64,000 nucleotides of DNA from Dicyema japonicum. Taxonomy: Eukaryota; Animalia; Dicyemida. Below the pieces are notes generated by a model. It was not told the DNA's origin. It worked only from the letters and a program-made list of their open reading frames with translations, and ran no database searches. The stretch lies in NCBI GenBank assembly GCA_011109175.1, contig RDEW01000045.1:177417-241416 (forward strand). The letters run 5' to 3'. This document shows, one piece after another, positions 36,285 through 49,960 of the stretch (within the stretch, counting starts at the first letter, position 1; each line of letters begins with the position of its first letter). The position numbers and the translations under genes were made by a program.

Positions 36285-38703
36285 TTAGCCCGTTCAGATA
36301 TCAACAACAAAGTCTCCCTCAAATGATCCCGGCGATAATTCGAGTAAATTGGAGGTAACTTGTCACTTTTGTAAGTTTCACAACCTGTAGATCTGCAAGA
36401 CAGTTGTCAGATTTATGAAAAACTGCTTCTGCTTAAATTGTGAACTGGGATCGGATTTGAAGTATAATACGGTCTCCTCCCACTTGATAACATAGATCTT
36501 ATTACTCCAGAAGAGTTCTCAGCATAAGATCATTCTTGTTAGGGTCCCTAAGAGCTCCCGTCATTTTATTGCCTCTGCTCTCGCGTCTGTATTGAAGTTT
36601 TTCTTAATGGCTCAAAGAAAGATTGAATGATGCTTTTCTCCTCTCCAATAATCTGTCAAGTCGATTGAAAGCACACTTGACTACTTATAAGGAATCTTGG
36701 AAGGCATTGGGCACAGAGTTATTTCTATCTTTGAAGACTGTTAATTCTATCCATCAATCAACTGTGAGTGAGAGTCGATTCAACCTCAATGAATTGCCCC
36801 TGAAACAGTTCTCTTCTGAATGAAATACATCCTTCATGCCATACGACCTCTCTGCACCTGTCAACCTCGACCCTTTTCGAGAAGAATTTTCTTCTGTTGA
36901 TCTTTATGATGCCCTCCGATCATTCAGAAGACGTAGTAGTGAGGATTTGATGAGATTAATCAAACATCTCAGTCTTACACTTCTATCAGGTCAATTCTGG
37001 TGTTTGTAAAAGAGGACTTCCAGGACTACATTGTTCTGGACGCTTCGCGGTTGATGGAGGACAGAATTTTCCGTGTTGCACACGTTATATGACATAGCAC
37101 AAGTAGAAATAATAATTTACTTATATTTAGAGACCTCATTTAAACGGAATAACGAAAACGACCAATCTCTCATATTAGATAAATATTTTTACTTTCGCGA
37201 ATCACTTATTAAATTTTCGGTGATTCTTGGTTATAAAAAAGCACTTTATATTGATAGTCAGGAAGGATGGAGATATGAATCTCTCCCAATAATTTAATTT
37301 CAAAGCGAACTTGACAACGGTCGAGCCAATCTGTTTAAATCAATTAATTTTAATATCGGTAATTCTAATATCTCTCAAGTTGTTCCTTTAATAATACACT
37401 TGTATACCTTATTTGAAGATCTGGTGAAATAGGTATATTATATAGTCCTGAAAATAAGTCTCTATAACAAAGATATATCAGTTTCTGATGAACGGGAAGC
37501 TCCTTTTGAAGTGACTCAAATAAACTTGATTCACTTCTATAAGTATCCCAATAGTCACGAAGGAATTAATAATGACTATATATAGTGTCATTGTTCTTAT
37601 AGAATCTGAGATAACGAAAAGTTGACTATTTTTGCAGTAAACATTGTTGAGCACTACTTTTCCTGGCTTGTGAAGAATGCATAGGTGATCGAGCAAATCT
37701 GGCAGATAACTGAGAAAGAAGGTTTTGATGCCAACTGATTAGGAGATCCCAGGTTAGAACAATTTAAGAATTCTCTTAGAATGTTCCACCAAAAATCTCA
37801 CCGTTTACAGGAACATTCGACAGAAAATCAATTGGGATGTTTTTCTTCTGAGTTGAACTAGATTGATCACATTAACGATGTTGTTTCTAAATGTGTTTCC
37901 TTGTTTTTTTGCAGAAACTCGCGAAATCACGACCATTGTTTTTGTGGATTCTTCAAAAAAGGGAGTAACTAGTTATGACTCTAACAATGGAAGAAGATGG
38001 AATTTTTTACTTTAGCATGAGTTGGTTTTCTCGATCATCGAAGAGGAAAAGGCAAACTTCTTTATCGTCGGAGCGATGATTCGGTAGAAGTAAAATCGAA
38101 AATCCTGGGATTTCTAACAGCTTGGATAGAAAAGTCATCAAGGAATATCTTGAGATACGCATGAAGCCCTGCTTGGGAAACATAATTAAGGTTCGAGGTA
38201 AAAGTTCCAAGATTAATGATTATTCTTTATACAAAATATTATTGGATTCTTTACTTATTGCATATTAATAATTATGGATTTTTTGTAGACAGTTTTCTCA
38301 CAAGTGGATGACTCATATGATATAAATGAATCCGTTACTTTTTGCTGATAATAATAACACCAGAGATCACGGTTACACATACTAACTAATCACGTGATCC
38401 CAGCACTCTCTAGCAGGGACCTTATCTTGACCCGATGCTCCTCCCTCGACCCCACACAAGCACGTATCGGCCAAGTGACTAGATCTTCGCAGTCACGACG
38501 CTGCGTTCCTTGGTTCATTCGTATCAAGGCTTCAAGAGGAATTGGTGGCTAGAACTCTACATTAATAATTATTTTATTTTTTATTTATTTAAAAATTAAA
38601 AATCACCGACATTAAATTTTTTACTTTTCATTAGTAATGTTTAATAAATTTTATTAAAAAATTAAAAAAATAAATTGTGATCTTGTTGAGCTTTTTTGTA
38701 ATA

Positions 38704-39032
38704 GGACGCGTGCGCCATGTAGTGCTACGTGGCTAATTGGTTGAAGTTTTCTGCTTGTTTTGTTTGTTCCTCCCATTTCCCTTTCTATTAGAGTGGCGTC
38801 ATGTAATCCACCTGTCTAGGTGGCTCCCAGTACCTAACTGGCACGAAAAAGGAGCATTTGCTCTCTCCCCCACTCCACTGGAGGGGTTTCCACAACTGCA
38901 AATATGGACGTCTTACCCTTTATGTTGATTCCGGATGGACTCTGTTTTCGCAGAAGTGGAAACTGGATACACTTAATTAGTTGTTTACTTTAACTTCTTT
39001 CTCTGTGTATCCGGGTTATTAAATAAATAAAA
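38704..39032 (+). mobile_element. Short non-autonomous retroelement, copy 2, with 8-bp target-site duplication TTGTAATA
   Basis: TTGTAATA at 38696-38703 and 39033-39040; homologous to 3845-4163; A-rich tail. Confidence 0.8.
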
Positions 39033-39069
39033 TTGTAATATTGTCGAGCATCTTCTTTTTTTCCTTGAA

Positions 39070-39626
39070 AGTGAAGGTATAATTCAATCCAAAGTTAAAT
39101 TATAGACCTCAACGAAATTTTAGTTGACTAAACCACATTTCCACTAACCTGCTAGAAAGCCTTCAGATTACAAGTGAATGGATTCTGGAGGTTCTGTGTT
39201 TTGATCTACGATGCCGTTCAGTGAGGCAATGACTCCCTCTGTTGTGAGACTTGTGAAAAGCTCAAATTCGCTCATCTCCCATTATTTAAACATTATTTTC
39301 TTGCAGGATTCAATCAAAATGGTCAAATTTGTTAAAAGTTTGGTTAATCTTGGAGACTTTAAAGATTCGGTTGAGTCCTCATCTTCTGTCTATGAACTGA
39401 CTTCGGGGAAAATTCTTACAGTAAAGTAACGTGGGACCAAAGGATTTAAGCATTCTATTTTGACGTTGGATTGATCTCTGAATTCTATACTAATTTCGAA
39501 TCCACTGGTGAAGGTTACCATTATGAAACTCTTCAGCCTAAGAATAAAGTGATGACAATAGGACGTGCGAAGAAAATGGAAGAGGGCGGATCTTCTTCTA
39601 TCACCATTGCTCGTACATTCCTCTAG
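39070..39626 (+). CDS. Probable unrecognised gene, 3' part (5' boundary uncertain)
   Basis: Open frame ...YELTSGKILT, 22-nt GT-AG intron 39421-39442, then DLSILF(+1 T)DVGLISEFYTNF...ARTFL* ending at 39626. Confidence 0.35.
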
Positions 39627-41407
39627 AACATTTTAATACCATTTCCTCTTGGATGGAATATAATCTCGTGAAACGAGTTTCTTGGTCACTCTCCACCGAA
39701 CATCATGTCAGTGAATATTCTTTTCCTCGTGAAGTAAGGTAAAACTTCGGCGGCTCTGCTGTGTTCGGCACATGGTCTTAACGCCTACCTGTACATGACC
39801 GGGAAGCAAAGTAGCCACTAATGCACACTTGATGACCACTGGACAGATCACCTTATCTCGTGTCCTGCCCCGCCTTCTGTGTCCTCTCCGCATGGGATCA
39901 ACCTTTTGGATCTCTGGTGACGTCCACCAATGGTAGTCACGTTTTTGTTATTCATCAGTTTCCTTACTTGAAGGACCGGGGATAAATAAATATTCTACTT
40001 CAATTTATTTAAGAATTGATAATTTACTTCAATTGATAATAGTGTGTCATTGTGTTATAATAGAAAATATTCTTTAATTGCTATAGCGTTCATTAATAAT
40101 AATAATAATAGCGTTTCATTGCTTTTGAACATAAGTTCATTGTTTTTAGTAATCTGCTTCTAACTTCAGCAGGCTATCGTTTTCTATTTTGCTAAATAAT
40201 CTCCCCTTACTAAATAATTCAACTAAACGACACAATGAGCAAGTCCAATACAAAAACTAAACTAGTACATAAAAAGTGTCAATAAAATGTCTTCAAATAA
40301 ATTTAACTATCGTGGTAACTTTTAAAAATTCCACATTGTCACGTGGCTGGTGGTTTACCTAGACTTGTTTCTCGATAGAAAAATTAAACTAACTGTTACT
40401 TTCCAAAAACATATCCTCAAATATTGGCTAATCATATGTAAATAAGCTAAAATATTCGTCAATAGAAGTACATCGACGTCTCAACATTCGGAGTCACTTG
40501 ACTATCATAAATGCACTCAAAATTTGAACTCTAATCCTATTGCATTTAGAACTTTCTTTATTTAGACATCGGCTTCTGATATCTTCTTAGTCAGTCACCT
40601 CGTCGATGCTCATGTGAGAAATATGACTAGTGTTTTCATAATTTTGATAATGTAATTATAATGCAATAATTTACATAATTTCCCGTATAAAAACTTAATT
40701 TGTAAGGGAAAACATTAAATCGAAGACTTATGTACAAATCTTAACAAATTTCACTTTAAACTTGGAATTTTTATTCACAATTCGTAAAACCAAATTTACA
40801 ATACGCATATTTTATTTTACTTTATTTTAAATAATTCAATATTGGCTGTTTTTTGAGAAAATAATTTAACTAACAATTTACAACAATTTAATCATAATTA
40901 TTCTCATAAACTCTCTCTTTTTACTCAAAAATTAAAAAAAATACACTGAATTTCAATTTTTATTATATTAACCAAAGACATTTAATTTGATGGATCCGGT
41001 AACAATCAGAAATCTCTTAAAGGTGATAACTGTAGAATTTTAAAATAGTACTCATTGTCTTCAATATTAGTTCAACGACCCTACGGAAACCAACCCTGCA
41101 ATATTAGTCACCCCTTACTTAACTATGTAACTTCTTTTAATGATTCATTAATATCTTTCTATAAATTACACATTCTATCACATTGCAATTGAACGCATAA
41201 ACCAACGTTAAAGTATTCACTCAGTTTGAGTGTTCCTTCACAGTTTGGATTTTATCAAAATCAAGTGCTAACACATAATCCGTTTTACACATAATTATTA
41301 ATTATTTAATAAAGATTGTCCAATATATTCGATTTAAAATTACATAATAAACCCAAATTATTATTAGGTCCTTTTAGGACATCTTCATAGGGGCATTTGA
41401 AATTTTA

Positions 41408-44272
41408 GCGTGCGTCATGTGGTTCACCGTTTCTGGTGGCGTCGGATATAGTCCTAAACTATATCTAAAAAGAACCATTTGCTCTCTACCAACCAGAGGA
41501 CTTCCCACTGGACGGCATTCTCTCACTGTTGGAACATTCTATCGATTGAGACTGTTGACCTCAGGAGACGTGGAACAAAACCCAGGCCCAAAGAAGTTAA
41601 CAATCCAAAGCTTAAACATAAACGGGATCAGAGGAAAAATTGCCGAACTTTCCTTATTCTTGGAGAGGAACAGAGTGGACATCTGCCTTCTCCAGGAAAC
41701 GAAACTTTCAAATAACATTCCTACTCCTCTCTTTAACAGATACAACACAGTAAGATCCGACCGCCCATCTGGCCAAGAGGGGGTCTACTGACTCTTGTGA
41801 GAAAAGGAATAAAATACCTCGAGAACCCTTTTCTTTACAAGAGCTTAATGGAAGACTCGAACACGGAGATAATTGGAATCTCTGTTATAACTTCCATTGG
41901 AAAAATTGAAATTGCGAATGTTTATGTTCCTCCTCCTGGCTCCTGCAAGAAAAATTTCTCCTTTGACCTATCTACCTTGGACAAACTGGAGAACTTGCTT
42001 TTATGTGGAGACCTTAATGCGAAGCACCCTTCTTGGTTCCGCTACCAATCCGCTGATAACAGAGGAAACCTGCTATTATCCCAAATGCAAAACTTAATAA
42101 TCATCAACAACCCGATAAAGAACACTAGGACACCATACAACACGAAGGACATGGTGACATCTCCGGACTTATCCGTCTGCTCACCTCGTCTTTCCACGAT
42201 CATTAATTGGACGGTCCGTTATGACCTCCGGAGCGACCACCATTCAATGTTAATGAAGCTGAACTGCGAGCCACGCTTTGTACCGAAGCCTATTCATTTC
42301 TATGATTACAAAAATGCAAATTGGACTGGCTTTACAAATTTCGTTGATTCAAAACTGCAACATTTCCAACTGAAAATTTCTCCTCCATAGACAAAGCTGT
42401 ATACTATTTCAACAAAATAATCATTGACGGAGAAATATTTTTATCAGAAAAGCATATATAAAAAACGAAAAATTGAAATACGACTCAAAAACAAGGAAAA
42501 TAATTATGGAAAGAAACAACCTTAAGAAAATGATACATCGTTCACGAGAGGTTATTAATCGAATCAGGTCACTAAACATTCTTATCACGAAAAGCACAAA
42601 CAACACCCAAAGGAAGAAACTCATGCGAATCTCTGCTGCCATGAATAACCAGACCTCAATTTCCAACATGTGGAAGATGTTGAGGCGTCTGAAGAACCCA
42701 GAATACGAAGATAACAAAGAACAATGCCAGCTCAATCTGAATAAATATATGAAACATTGTATTCGAATCAGTCACATTCCTTATAAAAAGATTAACACAC
42801 AAACGAAAATAAAGAGAAAGCCATCCAAATTTGCCCCGCTGATTTATTTTCTCCCTAAAGATGTATCCAAAGCAATATCAAATCAGAAAAAAACAAACTC
42901 ATGTGGCCCAGACGGAATTCCTCTTATTCTGCTGAAACACTTGGGCCCAGCATCAATAAATGCATTAACAAACATCTACAACACATCGCTGAACAGAAAT
43001 ACCATACCGACTTTGTGGAAACTATCAAAAATTCGACCAATATTGAAGCCGGGAAGACCGAAGAACGATCCCGGCTCTTACAGACCAGTTTCCCTTATAT
43101 GTGTTTTGTCGAGGATCCTGGAGAAACTGGTCCTAAAAGTTATTCGCCCTTTTCTCCCACAACCTACATTCCAACATGGCTTCAAGGAAGGATTATCAAC
43201 AACCTCCTTCCTAACAACATTAATGAAGTTCATAACTGAAGGACACAAGAACAAGCCAAAACAGGAAAAATCGGTCATATGTACGATCGATATTCAAAAA
43301 GCTTTCGACTCTGTCCCAAGGAAGATCCTCATACGAAAAATATTTTTGACAAAAATTGATGCACCATTAAAGTTATGGTTAGCAAATTTCGTAAGTGGAC
43401 GCCGAGGGAAAGTATCCGTCGGAAACAAGAGTTCCAGATCGGGATTATTACCCAATGGTGTACCCCAAGGATCTCCTCTGTCACCAATCCTTTTTAATTT
43501 GTTTTTGAGTGATCTCCCCGTACCTATGAATAATAATGACATACTACTTTCCTATGCCGATGACATAGTTGTCGCATCTAGAGACGTAAACGTCGAACAT
43601 GCTAAGAAAGACTACAAGGAATACTAAATAACATATTTGGATGGTTGTGCGAGAATCGATTAAATGCATGTTCCGAAAAGTCAGCAGTCACTCTATTTAC
43701 TAAGAATAGAAAGATGGGAACGCAAACAATTGATGTCACGTTAAATGGAGTACCTATACCACAAAAGAAAACGCAGAAGATACTGGGAGTAACTTTTGAT
43801 ACTTTCCTCTGCTTCTCAGCCCATGTGGAATCTATCATATCAACCTGTGCAAAGAAGATCAATTTTGTAAAGGCCTTCCTTTGGAACTGTGGAGGAATTT
43901 ATCCGCCAGGTATCGGGACCCTCTACAAGCAGTATGTCGAGCCAACAATAGGCTATGCATGTGCTGCATGGGGATCTAACCTGTCGGCAACGAACCTAAC
44001 AAAAATTCAAGAGATCCAGTCAAGAGCAAAAAATTACTAGAAAAATATACAGATAAAGAAATTGCCCCCAGAGCACTCGAGTCTATCATAGAGGCAACTG
44101 GAGGCAATTTCAGAAGAGAAAAGGAAAAAGACCCCCGTCCGTATAGAAAATGCGTGGGATCACAGTCGGAGCATCGAGAAAAAATGGCCCGATTATTGAG
44201 AGATGCCATGATCACCTGAATATTAGTTATTGGTTAAGACGGTGTTTCTTTGGCTTAAATAATAATAATAAT
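41408..44272 (+). mobile_element. Vingi/Ingi-like LINE, apparently full length (2A-APE-RT, no ORF1, no RNase H seen), (TAA)n tail
   Basis: MWFT...LLTSGDVEQNPGP-KKLTIQSLNING...LLQETK...LCGDLNAKHPSW...SDHH...SYRPVSL...QHGFK...DIQKAFDSV...PQGSPLSP...YADD; broken only by a few small indels. Confidence 0.92.
41567..41590 (+). other. 2A-like StopGo motif DVEQNPG/P
   Basis: GAC GTG GAA CAA AAC CCA GGC CCA fits D(V/I)ExNPGP. Confidence 0.9.
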
Positions 44273-44899
44273 AGTTCATTTCAAGAGTAAATCTTACAAT
44301 CAATATTTTTGTAGTTCACAATCTTTTATCTCCAATTACTGAGTTACACGCTAGAATGATATGGGACCAAGTCCAAGGTCTTTCATTAGGTCTCAAATCA
44401 TGATGTTCTGCTCCATATAGATGCTATGCAGAAGCAGCAACCACCAACCTAATATTATAACGAGTCACGTCATTTTAGTACTGATATTAGGCTCGGAAAC
44501 TTCACAGCTACCTCTCTCCATAATTATTTTTTGTTTGTATGACAGTTCTGGACTTTGATTCTCAACGTGAAACACATCCATAATTTTTTGGTTTCCAAAC
44601 TGGAAAGGAAGGCAGCATAATGGAGTACAAAAGTACTCTTTTCCTTCTTTTGAATTCTGTTTTTAATACACTAGATCCTTTGTGAGCTAACCTCATTGAT
44701 CAAGATTTGTCAAACGAATAAAGAATGTCCGAGAATTTTAATAGCCTCATGTTTGTCTCAATCTATCATTTTATTTCATGGATCAAAAAGGAATATATTT
44801 TTTTTAATTTTACGAATTATAAAGAAAAGATACTAGATCTTGATAAAATGAGTTTGTTTCAACAGTGCTCTTAAAATCTGGCTTTTTCGGTTTAATTAA

Positions 44900-46460
44900 T
44901 AAATGGAGATCAGAAAATGATTCTGCTATCCACACCATTCATGTTCGTACTCGCAAGGTCCTTGCATCCTCAGACACGAATATTTGACTCTAATGCTGCA
45001 CTAATCTAACTACCTATGGATGCTTATATAAGAAAACCTGACTTACCGGGTTGAGGAAAAAGATCTCCAAAGACAATCACTGCAGGATTGCCTATCACGA
45101 AACCCTATTTTTTCATCAAATTGAGGTTCATCATGATATAGGATTGGTCTTCGACGTTTTTCACCTATGGCTAGACATACTTTTATCCTCTGTTCTTAAT
45201 AGAAGAGTTTAATTTTTGCAAGCCATTTTTGACGCCATTTGGTGCTTATGTGCTGAAAATTTCTCTTCCTTCTCTCTGATTGCGTCATTGGATCCACCTT
45301 AATCTGGCCAATTATTCAATAGGATCCAACTATTCATTCCACTGGGAACAATTTCGTTTCCTGGCGGCGAGTTCAGGAATCTACCTCAGCTCCCCGGACA
45401 ACGTTCTTTGGATGTCTCAGTATTACTCAGCTTTGAAATGTAAGAATACTGAAAAATATGTTCTACGGAGGATTCCATTTGTTTTCATATCTGATACTTT
45501 AGCAACAGGTTCGAAACTAATTATTTACACAAAGGCTTCAGGAATTTGATATTAACTTTATTAACATTAATTCAATTTTGGAATAAAACCTTTGGCGGAT
45601 TTACTGGGAATCAATGGCTTTTCGGTTTTTACTTCTCGAGGGGTAAGAATGGGAATGCTTTGTAGGTTTCGGTTGGAAAGAACTAAGCCGCACAGTAATG
45701 ACTACAGCTTGGTTATAAGAGGTATGTCACTTTCCTTGTTCACCATATTAGTTAAGGGAGGTAGATTGTAATTTTACAGATTATGGTTAAAATATGTTTC
45801 ATTATTAAATATTTGTTTGCCAATTTTTTTAGGTAGGCTTCTTGGAAGTATATTGCCCTCCAATTGTTTTATAAAATTTATTCCATTTGTTTCTTTTTAT
45901 ATTTTTAATATTTGCATTAAATTTTCTAGTAGATGTAATAAGACGACATCCTCTTCGATTTCAACGTTCTCAAGAAGATCCTTTCAATTTCTCTTAACTT
46001 GTATGCTATTTCCTTCTTGTTTATGGGTTTCACTTCATTAGTTCTTCATGGATGAGTATCTTACTATCATCAAATTGATGATATCATTTTTTCTTCATCT
46101 ATTGCATTTTTTTAGAATAATTTATAGACATATTTTTCGATTTCAATCGATCGTGAATATCCGTATTAGATAATACTTCTGAATTATGTTCACATTTACT
46201 AAAGGTGTGCTAGTACTCGTTTTTTTTAGAATTTGAAAACAGTTTTTGATTGATTTAGGGATACATTTTCCCAGGCCATATTTAAATAGAACAATGTCTT
46301 TAAGGTTCAAATTTTATATTATTCATACTACACAGAAAGAAAATTTATTGGCAATTCTTCGGCATGATAATAAGTTGTCGTCCTTATAACACGATATTTG
46401 TACTTTTTGTTCAATAGTGAGTCTTGTATACCTACCACTAGAATCACAGCGAGGTATGCT
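44900..46460 (-). mobile_element. Degenerate Tc1/mariner/pogo-type DNA transposon sequence (possibly more than one element)
   Basis: RLTIEQKVQI...LSCRRIANKF (CENP-B/pogo HTH-like, about 46420) and RRPILYHDE...PGKSGFLI (IS630/Tc1-like DDE start, about 45140); many stops. Confidence 0.35.
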
Positions 46461-46996
46461 ACTCGAATAATGTTTTATTGCTATAATTTTCAGTAATTTT
46501 TTTTAAACTTTAAAAAATTCTGGCAAATTTCTACTAAAATTAGAATATTTTTTTTAAAAATGGCAAATCTGAATTAGCAAATTTAAGAGAGTTTACTGTA
46601 TACTGCTAATTGCGACCCAAAGTCGTAAAAAGCTACAGAATCACAAAAAGCTGACGCGATAATTCTAGGATTCTTTAACTTTAGGTGTCACCGATATAAA
46701 AATCTATTTCCCGGACCCTGATAACTATAGGTGGAATAGATGCATTATTTAGGAATAGGGTTGTGCAGAGTTTGTGAATCGTCTATCGGAGGTAAAAAAT
46801 ATTATGAAAGAGTTTTCAGAGCTTGTTGATAGTAATTTCTTCTAAAACCAAGTGCTCACGCGGTCTAGTAAGTATTATATAGATAAGACTATACTCAATA
46901 GGTTAAAAAGACATTTTAAAATTGTAAAATAAAATAATTGCACTAAATTTGTTGTCAAAGTCTCACTGGATAACATGTCATTATTATAATAAAAAG

Positions 46997-49960
46997 ACAT
47001 GTGGCTCACAGAAATGGTGTCACTCATTCCAAAAAAGAACGAAAAGAGCCAACAGCTTCTCCCCATCGTCCGGTGGTCCTTTCATCTCTGTGTCTTCGAC
47101 CCTGTCTGGTGTCCCCATTTGTCCAGACTTTTGATTCTTCTATATGGAGACGTTGAAACCAATCCTGGTCCATGGAGAGGTTTTACGATTATAAAACTGA
47201 ATACGAATGGGATCAGGAAGAAAATCTTTGAACTCCGGGCACTCCTCCGCGAAAATGAGGCTGACCTCGCTTTAATACAGGAGTCCAAGCTATCTCCCTC
47301 CATACCAACACCCTCTTTTCCCGGATACACAGTGATCCGTAAAGATCGTCAGGGAGGACGTGGAGGAGGACTACTTACTATTATAAAGAACGATATTCCT
47401 TTTATGGATACAACTCAACGAACCTCAGAGCTTCTTGGCATCGACAAAACTTTGGAGCAGATTACTGTCAAAATCGAGTTATTCCCGTCCTTTTGGATCC
47501 ATTTGGCTAATTTATATATTCTCCCACAAGGATCGTGTCCGTCATCTTACACCCCTGATTTATCACGCATTTCAACATTGAAAAATCTACTGTTATGTGG
47601 GGATCTTAATGCACGACATCCAGTTTGGCTTACTTCCCAATCCTCTGATAACCGAGGAGAACTCATTGCAAATTATCTTTCTGACCTGATTATACTGAAC
47701 AACCCTAACTCACATACGAGGACCCCATTAAGGATGACTGACAGCTGCACATCCCCGACTTAACACTATGCTCACCTTCTCTGGCTGGACTCATTTCCTG
47801 GAACGTCTTTTACGGCTTCTCCAGTGACCACAATCCAATCCTTCTAAAATTGAGAGGTCTTCGACGATACAGGAGACGGCCGGCGGAATCAAAAAGATTC
47901 AAGGATTATACGAAGGTTGACTGGTCTGGTTTCAGTAACCTTGTGGATAAATTCTTGGCCAGGAGATTATCCTCCCAATACGCTTTATTGACGAGGCCGC
48001 AGAAATTATCAGCGCTGCCATTCAGAAAGCTGACCATATTTTTATTCCTATATCGTCATATAAGAAGTTTATTCTTACCCTCAGCTCTTATACAATAAGT
48101 CTTATAAAACAAAGAGACCGGCTGAAGAGATGCCATCTGTTGGACCTGAAGTCTTTGACAGCCCTCAGACAACTAATTAAAAGGATCTGTCAGAGCATAA
48201 AAGAACACAAGGACAAGAGATGGCAGCATCTAGTTAACCACCTCGACAGGAAAAGTACATCCCGACATTTCTGGAAAACTCTTAAACAAGTCAAGTCGGA
48301 GCTGGATGATGCAGACGGAACCGGAAAGCCTTCTCCTGAACACTTATGCCACCTACATCCTAACACCCTTATGAAACATTACGCTGGAATTAGCTTCAAA
48401 ACCTTCTCGAAACACCTGGACATTAGGGTGCGTGCCCATAAACCGAAGAAGGAACCTTACCACGAACTATTCTCAGATGACCAAGTCTTGGATGTGATCA
48501 CCAGATTAAAGAGCTCACGGGCGTGCGGGCCTGACAAAGTATCTTCTATTCACCTAAAACACCTAAGCCACTACGCAATTGGCTACCTCACGCAAATATA
48601 CAACCTGTCCATTAACTATAATATTATTCCCAAGATTTGGAAGAATTCTATCATCAGACCGATATTGAAGGCTGGGAAACCAGAGACAGAACCTGCCTCC
48701 TACAGGCCTATCTCCGTTACCAGCACACTGTCAAAAATTATGGAGAAACTTGTATTATCAGTCATTATTCCGTATCTTCCACGTCCTATATTTCAACATG
48801 GTTTCCTCCGCGGTAGGTCCACCGCTACATACTTGGCAACTATCGCAGTTCATTGCCGACGGTTTTAACACCCATCCCCCGCCTCACAAACGCACAATCT
48901 TGGTTTCTATTGACATCAACAAAGCCTTTGACACTGTTTCGAGGAAAATCCTGGTTGGAAAAATATTTTCTACTAATATTCGTCCGAATGTGAAATTATG
49001 GCTGGCCAACTTTTTGTCTGGAAGACGTGGAAGAGTAGTCAGTGGTGATCTCAGATCTAGATCACGATTACTACCGAACGGGGTACCCCAGGGGTCTCCA
49101 CTTTCACCAATTCTATTCAACTTATTCCTACACGACCTACCTAATGATGGAGACGAAGATTCCCTGCTATTATCCTACGCAGACGATGTAGTCATTGCAA
49201 TACGGAACCGCTCGACGCAAGTCGCATCCCTTAAGACTCAGGCAAAATTGAACACTCTCCACGATTGGATTGTTGGCAATCGACTTACGATTTCTGCAAC
49301 CAAGTCTATCTGTTCCACTTTCACTTCGGACCGTCGTTCAAGGATGAACCGAGTATCTTTATTGGTCCCACTCGGATTCCAGTGACAAGGTCCCCCACTG
49401 TCCTTGGAGTCAAGTACGACAGTCTACTCAATTTCAACTCCCACGCAAAAGACATGATTACCAGGGGCCTCCAGAAATTAACGTTTTACGCGCCCTTGTC
49501 CGGAGGACCACGAGGAACATGGACTTTTCCGTTTCTACCCTCTACCAACAAACAATCGCGCCTGCCGTTGAGTATGCCTCCGTTGCATGGAGATTCGCGC
49601 TATCGGAGTCTATGGTCCAAAGAGTCAACTCGATACACCAGAAAACAATCAGTATGCTTTGCCCACGTAATGGATCAACAGTCGACCCAGTACTCATGGA
49701 AGCTAAGATCCGTAGTCGTGGCTCCGGATTTCTTCGCGTCTGTGAGAAAGATGGAAATCCGGTTCGGCTGATCCTTTTTATGACAAGAGAAACCCGATTG
49801 GATAAGAAATTCCCTCCCCGATCGGATTCCTCTACAAGACCGAGAGAGGTTCTCCCGGAAATTAGTGGGGATTGCGAGGACTGGGATCACCTAACTGTTT
49901 GACTCTTTTGTCTTTCTTTCTCGGTGTTCCCGGGGTTATTAAAATAAAATAAATAAATAA
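46997..49960 (+). mobile_element. Vingi/Ingi-like LINE, apparently full length, second family, (TAAA)n tail
   Basis: MWLT...LILLYGDVETNPGP-WRGFTIIKLNTNG...LIQESK...LCGDLNARHPVW...SYRPIS...DINKAFDTV...PQGSPLSP...YADD...WDHLTV*. Confidence 0.92.
47149..47172 (+). other. 2A-like StopGo motif DVETNPG/P
   Basis: GAC GTT GAA ACC AAT CCT GGT CCA. Confidence 0.9.

Noticed and set aside
38704-38745. HDV-like ribozyme at the 5' end of the short element (hairpin GCCATGTAG/CTACGTGGC followed by TAA)
   Set aside because: Only about 11 nt precede the hairpin, too few for P1-P3, and the other copy lacks it. An Infernal or RNArobo search would be needed.
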